Virus record (IMG/VR): IMGVR_UViG_3300035675_000001
From: a virus
Taxonomy: Duplodnaviria > Caudoviricetes
DNA: 64,000 nucleotides
Reading direction: 5' to 3' (one strand)
Shown: positions 53,599 to 62,047 of the stretch, piece after piece
How positions within the stretch are numbered: position 1 is the first letter of the stretch
Layout: every line of letters starts with the position of its first letter
Notes under the pieces: generated by a model
The model's database searches: none
Seen by the model: the letters and a program-made list of their open reading frames with translations, nothing else
Told to the model about the DNA's origin: nothing
Translations under genes and position numbers: made by a program

Positions 53599-55266
53599 TC
53601 AGCCTTGAACGGTCGCTTTGGACAGCCGCGTAACCATTCCGATGGCTTCGTTGAGGCCGCGAGGATCGCTCGGTGTTGCACTAAGGATTGTCACCCCTTC
53701 GGTAACCGGTGCCTTGGGGTTACCTTCGGCTGGCGTAGCCGCAGGTTTCTTGTCCTCCGTCACGGACGGAGCCGCCGCCTGCTTCTTGGTCTCATCGACC
53801 TTGCCCGCAGGTGCGCCTTCGGTTTTACCCGCAGGCGAATTGGGTTTCTTGCCTTCGCAGAGGGCGCGGATGGCAACCAGGTCACGCGGCTTGGTCGCTT
53901 CCTTGAGGGCCTTCTGGATTTCAGGAGTCTGAGCCTTCTCAGCGAACTCCAGTTGGATGACCCGTTTGCCCATCTCGGTCACGTCGGCCTTGTATTTGGC
54001 CGCGAGTTGCTGGAGGGCTTCGGAGGCCATCATGAAGCGGCGGCGATACTTCGACGACTCAGCTTCATTGGCTTTGGCCAACTGCCGCCAGGCTTGCCCG
54101 CGCTCCACGACTTCGTTGAGCAGGGCCGACTGACGACCGGCCTGTTTGATGGACTCGCCGAGCTTGTTCTTGAAGGTCAGGCCAGTCGTTGCGACAGCCT
54201 TGATGACCTGCATCAGCTTGGTGTTGTCCTCGTTCAGCTTCGAGGCCCGTTTACCGGGCGCGAGCTGCGCTTCCTGCCAGGTGTTCTCAATGGCTTTGAT
54301 CTCATCGTGGAGCTGCGTTCCCTGCCAAGAACGCTTCGCGTCCTCAGCAACGAAATTGGCAACCTCCTGATGGAGCGCACCCAGTTGAGACATCCCTTCG
54401 GCGAATTGCTGCGGGCCGAGCTTTGACGGCTCTGTGGCCTTGAACGTAGCAAGCGCCTGTTTGATCTCGTTCACGTTCATAGTTTTAACTTGGGATGATT
54501 CCGTTGTTTTTACGGGAGTTGACGCCCCCGATGTTGAAGCCTGAGAACCCCGCTCAGTCTCCAAAGTGTTGGTTTTCGGTGGGGCAGCCGGAGGAGCTGG
54601 AGCAGCGGTCGGTGGGACCGCATTTTCAGCCAGAGTTGTGGCTGGAGACGACAAAGCAGCCTTTTGATCGGCTGCTTCGGCGGTGACAGTTTCGCGGGGA
54701 GGATTCAGCTCGGCGGTTTCAAACGACGGCTTAATCACAACATCCCAGCCCTCGCACACGTAATCGTCCTGGACATCATCCACGCCGTCGTGCGCCCGGA
54801 CCAGGCTGCCAAACCCACGACTGGAAACGAGCGGGTTGTAGCCCGCTTCGATCAACGCCCTGAGTTTGTTTCCTTCCTCCGTTCCGAGAACCTGGATTTC
54901 TCCAGTGACCTCCCAAATTTCTTTGCCGGTATTGGCTTCCCGGCCCGGTTGCAACTTGGCATCGGTGACCAAGTGCGAAATCGGCGATAGGAGCGTGACC
55001 TGGCCATCTTTGGGATGCTCCAGGAGACCGAAAGCTGCGTTCTTCGCTATCGCCGACATGAGAGTCGAGCCTTGTGACAGGTTCTTCTCCCAAACGCGCT
55101 TGCCGTATCTGCGGTTGTTGCCGTTAATGCAGTCGCAAACCGAAAAGCGCCCAGGAATCCTGGTTCGAGTCTTCCCGTTGGGCAAGGACTCGACCACGAT
55201 CTTCTGAACATCAGCGACGAAGGGGAACGCACCCTTCACGCCTTCTGCAAGATATTGTCGCGCCAT
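53599..55266 (-). CDS. gp21: Prohead protease (gp21-like) fused to scaffold-like coiled coil
   Basis: INGNNRRY, LLEHP, VSSRGFGS, WDVVIKPS; ATG 55266 (MARQYLAEG). Confidence 0.9.
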   Translation of the reverse strand: MARQYLAEGVKGAFPFVADVQKIVVESLPNGKTRTRIPGRFSVCDCINGNNRRYGKRVWEKNLSQGSTLMSAIAKNAAFGLLEHPKDGQVTLLSPISHLVTDAKLQPGREANTGKEIWEVTGEIQVLGTEEGNKLRALIEAGYNPLVSSRGFGSLVRAHDGVDDVQDDYVCEGWDVVIKPSFETAELNPPRETVTAEAADQKAALSSPATTLAENAVPPTAAPAPPAAPPKTNTLETERGSQASTSGASTPVKTTESSQVKTMNVNEIKQALATFKATEPSKLGPQQFAEGMSQLGALHQEVANFVAEDAKRSWQGTQLHDEIKAIENTWQEAQLAPGKRASKLNEDNTKLMQVIKAVATTGLTFKNKLGESIKQAGRQSALLNEVVERGQAWRQLAKANEAESSKYRRRFMMASEALQQLAAKYKADVTEMGKRVIQLEFAEKAQTPEIQKALKEATKPRDLVAIRALCEGKKPNSPAGKTEGAPAGKVDETKKQAAAPSVTEDKKPAATPAEGNPKAPVTEGVTILSATPSDPRGLNEAIGMVTRLSKATVQG

Positions 55267-55441
55267 GATTAGAGCAGATGAGTCTGCAAAACTACGAGTA
55301 ACCACAACACGGGACTTAACGCCCTGGCGCTTTACGGGGGACGCTCCTAAGACGATTGGAAATCAATTTGTCACTGCTAAAAACCGTCCACAATTTCTGC
55401 CCCATTCAAGTCACTCCCGTAAACTCTTTCGACTGAAAGCG

Positions 55442-55479
55442 AAAGCGGCCAACCGGGGTCGCCTGGCTGGCCGCTAAAA
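55442..55479 (-). terminator. Probable intrinsic terminator
   Basis: AGCGGCCA..TGGCCGCT stem followed by TTCGCTTTC on minus strand. Confidence 0.55.
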
Positions 55480-55507
55480 GTGGACAAATTGTTTCTTGCA
55501 GAATGGC

Positions 55508-55795
55508 TTAGTCGATCTTTGGCTGGAGCAGTGGTTCTTTGATGGCAGGCTCTCTGTAGTTCTCGATCTCGATGGAGCCTTTGTAGAAGTTCCAAACATG
55601 GTCGAGAGCCTTCTCCACCAGGATCATATCGGCACCGCGCTCGCGGAACCATTCCACGGTCTCATCGGGGTCCAGTTCCTCGGTGTGAACGCTGCCGTCT
55701 GACTTGGGGATGTGAAGAATGAAAAAGTCAACGAACGCTTCCCTGGTCACAAAGACCGTCAGGGAATGAGGAGCTGGTGGGGCCTGGTCACTCAT
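55508..55795 (-). CDS. Hypothetical protein
   Basis: 95 aa, ATGA-coupled. Confidence 0.7.
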   Translation of the reverse strand: MSDQAPPAPHSLTVFVTREAFVDFFILHIPKSDGSVHTEELDPDETVEWFRERGADMILVEKALDHVWNFYKGSIEIENYREPAIKEPLLQPKID

Positions 55796-56562
55796 CCCAT
55801 GAAACGCCGGAAGGAATTGTAAACAGTTTTGCCGTCGCCTTCCTTGTGCTCAGGCATGAGGGAAGCGCCGGGCTGAGCTGGAGTCATGGCGTTGGCGACC
55901 TTGGCGGCGATCTCAGCCGGATCGGCCATCGTGGCGACCATCGACTCGGCCATTGCCTGGAGTTCTTCGGGAGCAGGGTTCTGACGCCCCAGGATCGTGT
56001 CCATGACGCCTCTGGCGCTGGCCGAGGACGAAGTGCTGGGCTGGGTCATCGGCTGCTCACGGCCCATCTGCTGCGCGGCAGCGACGGACGGCGGGGGCAT
56101 GGGCCGCTCGGCAGGCTTCGGGGGTGCCGGAACCTGAGATGGATCAAGCTGTTGGAAGACGTTGGGGGTTACATCCGGCGCTACCAGGGCGGCGGTTGGT
56201 TGAATCAGCTCCTCACCCGCCACGTTGGTCGTAGCCTGGGGTTCTGCCGGGCCGTCTGCCGGAGGAAGCGGGTCCGTGCGGATGCCAGGGATGTTGGCCG
56301 CGCCGGTCATGTTGTCCATGCTTTGGGCGTCGGGCGGAATGATCGACTCGTCATCGGCTTCGGTCATGCCGATAATGCTGGCGACAACGCTGCTTTGACG
56401 GGCCTTCTGCCTGAGCTTATCGTCGTCTTTGTCTTTGGGCGGCACAGTCCGCTGCCTGCGCGGATCGTTGCGCTTGCCCGCCAACACGGGCGGCACGTCG
56501 CTCTCGTCCACCGGCCCTCTGCCGACCGGCTGCTTGCCAAGGATTTGGTCAACAAGGCTCAT
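55792..56562 (-). CDS. P/A/Q-rich hypothetical protein (possible internal head protein)
   Basis: GGAG SD; IIGMTEADDE junction. Confidence 0.7.
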   Translation of the reverse strand: MSLVDQILGKQPVGRGPVDESDVPPVLAGKRNDPRRQRTVPPKDKDDDKLRQKARQSSVVASIIGMTEADDESIIPPDAQSMDNMTGAANIPGIRTDPLPPADGPAEPQATTNVAGEELIQPTAALVAPDVTPNVFQQLDPSQVPAPPKPAERPMPPPSVAAAQQMGREQPMTQPSTSSSASARGVMDTILGRQNPAPEELQAMAESMVATMADPAEIAAKVANAMTPAQPGASLMPEHKEGDGKTVYNSFRRFMG

Positions 56563-57017
56563 CGTCCTACTCCAAGAATTTGCCTGGCCGGGTAGCCCTC
56601 AGCTTCTTCGGGCGTTTCGACCGAGGCTGGTTCAGTCGTGGCTAAGTCTTCACCAGGCACGCCTTCTTCGCCAGGAATGCTGCCAGAAGAATCATCCCCG
56701 CCCTGCTGCTCCAGGCGCTCGTCAGCAACCTTAGCCATCTCGATAGCCCCCTCGCGCCCAATGGCAAACACGAGCTTCACAGCTTCCTGGTTGCTCATGG
56801 TCATGAAGCGGGCAACCACTTCCTCGCGGTTGCCAGGCCACATCTTGGCCAGCTCGTTGACCTGAGTGTCTTCGGGAGTTCCGAGCGCAGCGGGACCGTC
56901 AGCTTCGGGCTTCGGCTGTGGCTTGGACTTCGGCTCAGCCGTAGGCTTTTCGGCCTTGGGCTTCTTCTCTTTATCGTCGGCTTCGGCCTCGCCGAGAATG
57001 CGTCTGATGATGTCCAT
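56559..57017 (-). CDS. Acidic hypothetical protein (possible internal head protein)
   Basis: IIRRILGEAE start; TAGTTA 6 nt upstream (57024-57029). Confidence 0.7.
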   Translation of the reverse strand: MDIIRRILGEAEADDKEKKPKAEKPTAEPKSKPQPKPEADGPAALGTPEDTQVNELAKMWPGNREEVVARFMTMSNQEAVKLVFAIGREGAIEMAKVADERLEQQGGDDSSGSIPGEEGVPGEDLATTEPASVETPEEAEGYPARQILGVGR

Positions 57018-57026
57018 ACGCCCTAA

Positions 57027-57944
57027 CTACGCGGGCGCATCGACCAAAACATACTGTCCGAGATTGTCCACCGGGATACCCATTCCGCTATGGCCCCCGG
57101 CGATCTTCGGCAGCCGCAGATAAAAAGGCCGGTAGATCGGCTCCTGGCCGTAACGCTTGCTGATGTAGGACATGACCTCGTAGGACTCGTGATCCGCCAG
57201 CTTGCGCTCAGCACCGCCGAAGCTGGTGGGCACGTCCTGGTGCCGGAGCATCGGCTGCGGGAACTCCAGATCGAGGCAGTTCTGCATTTGGCCATCCAGG
57301 TTGATGAATCCACCCAGCCTCGCTCGGATGGTGTAGTCGCAGTGCTCCTCGCCGAAACGACCGAAACGCGCATCGAAGTAACCGATCCTGTCGAAGCAGG
57401 CGCGGGTCACTGACATCATGATGCCAGTCATGCGCGGAAGAAGCTTCACTTTGTAGCCGCGAGAATTGACCGTGACCCAGCGGTAGGTTTCAGGCGCACC
57501 AGAGATGGCCGGTGATGCCTGGGTGAAGTCGCAAAAGCAAAACATGCCCACGTCCAGGTCTTCATGGCCGCGAGCATAAAAGTTTACAAAATCACCCACG
57601 ACGAACAGGTCGTCGTTGAGCAGGCACAGATGGTCACACCCGGTTTCAGAAAACCACTTGAGCGCCCGGTTCGAGTTTCCCGCTACGCCCAGGTTGGTGC
57701 TGCCCAGGAACACCTGGATGTTTGGACCCAGGTGAGCACCGCTGTATTCCGCCGCCAACAGGTCAATCCGGTCCTGGACCTTGACCGGCGCGGGTCCGCG
57801 CAGGAAGGTCTCTGTCCCGTCGCGCTGGCCGCAATCCTCGAAGATCGCAGTTGGATACTGCGAGCAGTGTTGGGAAAGCCCGGAGAGGCAGTCCTTGAGC
57901 GCGTTGACGCGATTATACGTGAGGATGGCGACGGCTGATTTCAT
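57027..57944 (-). CDS. GT2 family glycosyltransferase
   Basis: AILTYNRVNALKDCL..IFEDCG..NLGVAGNSN..LLNDD..GYFDARFGRFGEEHCDY. Confidence 0.85.
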   Translation of the reverse strand: MKSAVAILTYNRVNALKDCLSGLSQHCSQYPTAIFEDCGQRDGTETFLRGPAPVKVQDRIDLLAAEYSGAHLGPNIQVFLGSTNLGVAGNSNRALKWFSETGCDHLCLLNDDLFVVGDFVNFYARGHEDLDVGMFCFCDFTQASPAISGAPETYRWVTVNSRGYKVKLLPRMTGIMMSVTRACFDRIGYFDARFGRFGEEHCDYTIRARLGGFINLDGQMQNCLDLEFPQPMLRHQDVPTSFGGAERKLADHESYEVMSYISKRYGQEPIYRPFYLRLPKIAGGHSGMGIPVDNLGQYVLVDAPA

Positions 57945-58264
57945 GCGGCGGGTGGTGTGGGGGCAAGTTTGGTTTGGACGGCAGTCTTGAGTTCCTTGCC
58001 CGTCTTGAACCGGATCACCGGCCTTGACGGGATGCGGACCTCGCCGGATTCAGGGTGCTTCGGGTTGCGCCCAACGCGCTCTTTGGACATGCGGACTTCC
58101 CAAATGCCAAAGCCTCGAAATTCAACTCGACGACCCGATCCCAGGGTGGTCTCGATCTGTTTGAGGAAAGCTTCAACGACCGATTCGACAACCGCCTGGG
58201 ACTGATTGGTCGTGGCGGCTACGGCTTTGACAGCTTCGATTTTAGTGAGTGTTTGGTTGTTCAT
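57941..58264 (-). CDS. hup: HU/IHF DNA-binding protein
   Basis: LTKIEAV..GRRVEFRGFGIWEV..RVGRNPK..IPSRPVIRFKTGKELK. Confidence 0.92.
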   Translation of the reverse strand: MNNQTLTKIEAVKAVAATTNQSQAVVESVVEAFLKQIETTLGSGRRVEFRGFGIWEVRMSKERVGRNPKHPESGEVRIPSRPVIRFKTGKELKTAVQTKLAPTPPAA

Positions 58265-58267
58265 ACG

Positions 58268-58657
58268 TCATTTTTGTCCTGATAGGTAGGCTACTGCGAT
58301 CCGTGCCGATGCGTTCGGCAACATGGCGATGTCCGCGTGTGCTTTCAGCACGAACCACGAGCACCGAAAAACGAGAGAGATAAGCCAGATCAGCTTGAAC
58401 ATGATGCTGGCCATCAGGACTGCCAGCAGGACCAGCAGCTTGGGCGTGCCTTCCGGGCTGGACTGATGGAATAGAAACCAGAAGCCGGACACGATCCACA
58501 TGACCAGGATGACGGCGAGCATGATCCAGTCAAACACGGTCCACCAGCCCGCTTCCTTGAGGGCCTGCCATTGGGTCATGGGTTTTTCAACGATGACGGT
58601 GCCCTGGGCCTGGGGAGGCGGGGGCGCTCCGGCTGGAGTGGGGATTGCGTCTGCCAT
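58268..58657 (-). CDS. Two-TM membrane protein (holin-like topology possible)
   Basis: Two long hydrophobic helices. Confidence 0.65.
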   Translation of the reverse strand: MADAIPTPAGAPPPPQAQGTVIVEKPMTQWQALKEAGWWTVFDWIMLAVILVMWIVSGFWFLFHQSSPEGTPKLLVLLAVLMASIMFKLIWLISLVFRCSWFVLKAHADIAMLPNASARIAVAYLSGQK

Positions 58658-58658
58658 A

Positions 58659-60176
58659 CTATGCCTTGGTGAAGGTCATCTGAGCGTGCGCCCGGATGAG
58701 GTTGACTGCCTCGGAAGCGTTCATGTCGTCGGGAAGATACCAGGAGGGACGACCGCCTTTCTCGCCCGATTCGAGCTTGAGGGACGGCTTGAGTTCGTCA
58801 GCCGGGGTGATGAACCTCAGCCGCAACGGCGAGGTTTGTTTGCCGATGGAGAAGATGAGCTGCATACCCTCGGTGTCCAATCGGTCTTTGTGCCGGTAGC
58901 AGATTTCGCCCTGGTGCTTCACGCGGCGGAAGTTCTCGTCCAGGAAGGTCAGGATTTCTTCCTCGCGCTCGCTGTCGGCAAAGGCCGTGTCGTTGGCCAT
59001 GAACGTGGGCCGGATGACCGGGACGCGAGCGTGGCGCGATCCAAGCAGCTTGTGACTGATGGTGATTTCGCCCAGCCCGAAGTTGGAAGCTTTCAGCTCG
59101 CAACCCTCACGCATACCGCAATTTATACACGAACGGTGGTGCTTCTGAAACATAATTCCGAAGCACTTGAACCGGTCGTTGCGGACCTCCGGGATGGGGA
59201 TGTTGCACAGCCGCATGGCCTCCTTGATCCCCTCGTTGTCTTTGAGGCGGTCAAACTGGTGCTGGGCCGCGAGCATGAGCGCCCGCTTGCGCGTGATCTC
59301 GTCGATGCTCCTGGGGATTTGGACGCCAAAAAATTGAAGCAAGGTCGCCATCGCCGCTGTCAGACGAGGGTCGTCCTCCATGTGATTTTTCATAAACAAG
59401 CACTTCTCCTTAATGTCATCGTGAATCTGCTGGAACAGTTCCGGGGTGATCCGGCTGCCCAGCCCTTTGGCCAGATGCTCGATGCGAATGCGGACCCGCA
59501 GCGGCTCACCTACTTCACGACCGATTTCGGATTCCTGCTGCGCCAGCCAGCACGCCCGCTCGTTGTGCGCCATGATCTGTTCCAGGACCATGACCTCAAC
59601 CGGTTCCAGCCGGACGGTGACCTCCTCCATCAGCTCGCGCATCTTCATTGCGTCGTCGCCGGAGTCGAGGTCGGAAATCTGAAAGCCATTGTCCGGGTCG
59701 TCGATGCGGACTTCCTGCGGCTTGGTCGAGACGGGGCTGAAATTGTTGCGCTGATCCTTGGGTGGGGGCTTGATGCCGGTGCGCTTTTCGGTGAAGCGGT
59801 GCTTCTGCACCAGGCTGCAAATGTGGTTGCGAAGGGCAGTCTTATACTGCTTGAAGTATTCGACTCGGTTCCGGCATCGGCTGAGCAATCCCTTGGAGTT
59901 CATCTCCACGGTCTTGGCCCAGCACTCCGATACCAGGTCATCGAAGTGAAGCTCGACGCAGGATTGATCCACGTAACCGGCCACGACCTTGTGGATCAGG
60001 TTGGCCATGTCGCTGACCATCTCCTCATAGACCGGGGGCCGCAGGTCGGCCTGCGCGAAAATCAAAAACAGCCGGTTCTTCGGAGGCGCAAACCTCTGTT
60101 TCTCGACATGGATAGGCGCAGCCCAGGAGGCCCGCACATCAATGGCTATGTGGATCGTCGTCTCCATACACTTCAT
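58659..60176 (-). CDS. Sigma70/ECF region-2-like protein with Cys cluster and C-terminal extension
   Basis: LIHKVVAGY..FDDLVSECWAK..YKTALRNHICSL; CFG..CINC..C cluster. Confidence 0.6.
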   Translation of the reverse strand: MKCMETTIHIAIDVRASWAAPIHVEKQRFAPPKNRLFLIFAQADLRPPVYEEMVSDMANLIHKVVAGYVDQSCVELHFDDLVSECWAKTVEMNSKGLLSRCRNRVEYFKQYKTALRNHICSLVQKHRFTEKRTGIKPPPKDQRNNFSPVSTKPQEVRIDDPDNGFQISDLDSGDDAMKMRELMEEVTVRLEPVEVMVLEQIMAHNERACWLAQQESEIGREVGEPLRVRIRIEHLAKGLGSRITPELFQQIHDDIKEKCLFMKNHMEDDPRLTAAMATLLQFFGVQIPRSIDEITRKRALMLAAQHQFDRLKDNEGIKEAMRLCNIPIPEVRNDRFKCFGIMFQKHHRSCINCGMREGCELKASNFGLGEITISHKLLGSRHARVPVIRPTFMANDTAFADSEREEEILTFLDENFRRVKHQGEICYRHKDRLDTEGMQLIFSIGKQTSPLRLRFITPADELKPSLKLESGEKGGRPSWYLPDDMNASEAVNLIRAHAQMTFTKA

Positions 60177-61173
60177 ACTCCCCTGATCGTCGTGGGTCTA
60201 ACACTTCGACCATTTCGTGGTAAAGGTCTTGCGCCGTCCGCGCATTTTTACCGTGACGTTCCCCGACTTCCGCCACAGAGTCAGGGTCTTTGTCTCCGGC
60301 TTCAACTTCATCAAAAATCTGTTTCGCTTCGACCAGGGCAGAGAGCTGCGCGATGGTCGGAATCTTGAGCCGCATACCGCCATAGACGGCACATAGATAC
60401 TTGCCGTGAACCTTCCAGGTGAACGGCGTGTTGGGCATGTCGAAAAGGTTGACGAAATGGGTGTAGCTGTAGGCTGCCCGAACTAAGTCCTCCTCCGTGA
60501 AGGGCACCCGGATGCGCCGATACATCTGATCGCGCATGGCCACGAGCGCCCATGAATAGAAAAACTTGGCCAGTTCCAAGGAGATGCCGTAAGCATAAGC
60601 GGCACCCTTCACTGCCGACTGCTTATCGTGGTCCTCCTCCAAAATGCACTCGATGAGAAAGTGGATGGCCCCAATCTCTTGCGGCGTTCCCCACCGGCAG
60701 GTCAGGTTCGCCAGCCTGGCGCGAACCTCCGTGGCCATGTCGTGCTTATCAACCGCGTGGTCCTCGGCCCCAAAGAACTTTTCCAGGTTGTCGGACGTGA
60801 CGTGGTATCGTTTACGAAACTGATTGACCTTGACCAGCTCCGAGCGGAAGGCGTTTTTGGCGCACTTGCTGAACCAGGCGAACAGCTTGCCTTTTTTGCG
60901 CTGCCAGCGCAGCAGCCATTTGACGACCTTCTCCTGCGCGGCGGACACGAGGATGTCCAAATCTACGGTGTAATGGTAACCCTCGTGCTGGGCCAGCCGC
61001 TCGAACATCTGCGTGGACCCCACCACAATTTCCTCCAGGACAAGCATGGCCTCCGTGTGCCTGCCCTGCGAGTTAAGCTCCTTCCAACGGAGAGCCAGCG
61101 GCTCCAGATAACTGGCCGGGAAAATGTGTTCACCGGCAACCGTAGGAACGGGCTGTGTGAGGTTTTTCGACAT
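60139..61173 (-). CDS. Late sigma factor-like protein (T4 gp55-like)
   Basis: DILVSAAQEKVVKWLLRWQRKKGKLFAWFSKCAKNAFRSEL resembles gp55 DMISD..ENC...NPFAYFTQII..AF. Confidence 0.65.
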   Translation of the reverse strand: MSKNLTQPVPTVAGEHIFPASYLEPLALRWKELNSQGRHTEAMLVLEEIVVGSTQMFERLAQHEGYHYTVDLDILVSAAQEKVVKWLLRWQRKKGKLFAWFSKCAKNAFRSELVKVNQFRKRYHVTSDNLEKFFGAEDHAVDKHDMATEVRARLANLTCRWGTPQEIGAIHFLIECILEEDHDKQSAVKGAAYAYGISLELAKFFYSWALVAMRDQMYRRIRVPFTEEDLVRAAYSYTHFVNLFDMPNTPFTWKVHGKYLCAVYGGMRLKIPTIAQLSALVEAKQIFDEVEAGDKDPDSVAEVGERHGKNARTAQDLYHEMVEVLDPRRSGEYEVYGDDDPHSH

Positions 61174-61982
61174 CAGGATTTGAACTTGAGGGGGTCACAA
61201 GTATCCTGGTAGTCCCGAACGATGTCCTCCAACTTTTTCTGCCGTGCCTCCGCGCTGGGAAAACGCTCATAGTGCTCCGACATGTTCAACGCCGACAGCA
61301 GCAGTGAATAAATCGAGCTTTGGACGGAGTAATGCGGGTATTTGGAGTAATCAAATTCGGGCGGTAGTTTGAGCGGCTGCCGCTCAGGCGGCAATTCGCT
61401 TTCCGGCATGGCCGGTTCCTCCGGCTTGGCAGCGGGCACAGCTTCCGCTGCGGGCGCTGGCTCAACCGGAGTGTTCGTCTTGACGGGCTTAACCGGCGCT
61501 ACGGCCTTGACCTTCTTCGGCGGAGGCGGCGGTTCGACCTTCTTCTTGGCAGGAGGCGGAGGCGGCGGGGGCGGCGGGTCCGGCGCAGCCGGTTTAACCG
61601 CCTTGGCCTTCTTCGGTTTTTCCTTTGCCGATTCCGGCTGGGCCGGAGCAGGCGCAGGACTGGCAGGAGCCGTCGCGGGGGAGCTGTTGTTCGGGCCAGG
61701 AGAACCCAGCCGCATCATGACCCGCGCTGCCATTCGCAGCACTTCATTCAGCGGCACCTTATGGGCATCCTTACCCTCACCGTGCAGAGCCTCCGTGATT
61801 TCGACGGTTTCCTTGGAGAAAAACACCTTCTCCCCGAAGCGCGTCTCAATCGGATGCGTCTTCGGGCTGAGCTTGTCACGGATGGCAGGCTGGCTTTCCA
61901 GAATTTCCTGCACCCGCTCATAGCGCATCGAAGTCGGCAGCTTTGACTGCGGCTTCGTTTCAGTTGCGATGGCAGTGCTCAT
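61173..61982 (-). CDS. Pro/Ala/Lys-rich hypothetical protein
   Basis: Globular ends with PPPPPPP/PAK linker. Confidence 0.7.
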   Translation of the reverse strand: MSTAIATETKPQSKLPTSMRYERVQEILESQPAIRDKLSPKTHPIETRFGEKVFFSKETVEITEALHGEGKDAHKVPLNEVLRMAARVMMRLGSPGPNNSSPATAPASPAPAPAQPESAKEKPKKAKAVKPAAPDPPPPPPPPPAKKKVEPPPPPKKVKAVAPVKPVKTNTPVEPAPAAEAVPAAKPEEPAMPESELPPERQPLKLPPEFDYSKYPHYSVQSSIYSLLLSALNMSEHYERFPSAEARQKKLEDIVRDYQDTCDPLKFKS

Positions 61983-62047
61983 ACAGTCGTCGTGGTTCTT
62001 GATGTAACGGGACAGTATTTTTTGTCCACACTTTTAAGTAAAAAAAT

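Larger units (their letters stand above)
2722..55825. repeat. Dispersed AT-flanked TGTWWACA (TGTAAACA/TGTTTACA) motif
   Basis: 19 exact 8-mers read manually at 2722, 4643, 9632, 12747, 14178, 17153, 19161, 22519, 22792, 24846, 29553, 34079, 37454, 38483, 38875, 41330, 43708, 48673, 55818. Confidence 0.75.

Noticed and set aside
2722-55825. TGTAAACA equals the eukaryotic forkhead (FOX) binding site
   Set aside because: All genes are bacteriophage-type; treated as coincidence
58268-58657. Holin call
   Set aside because: Only topology supports it and no endolysin is adjacent; left as a membrane protein
62022-62030. DnaA-box-like TTGTCCACA in an AT-rich gap as replication origin
   Set aside because: Single copy with a mismatch to TTWTNCACA; no iteron cluster
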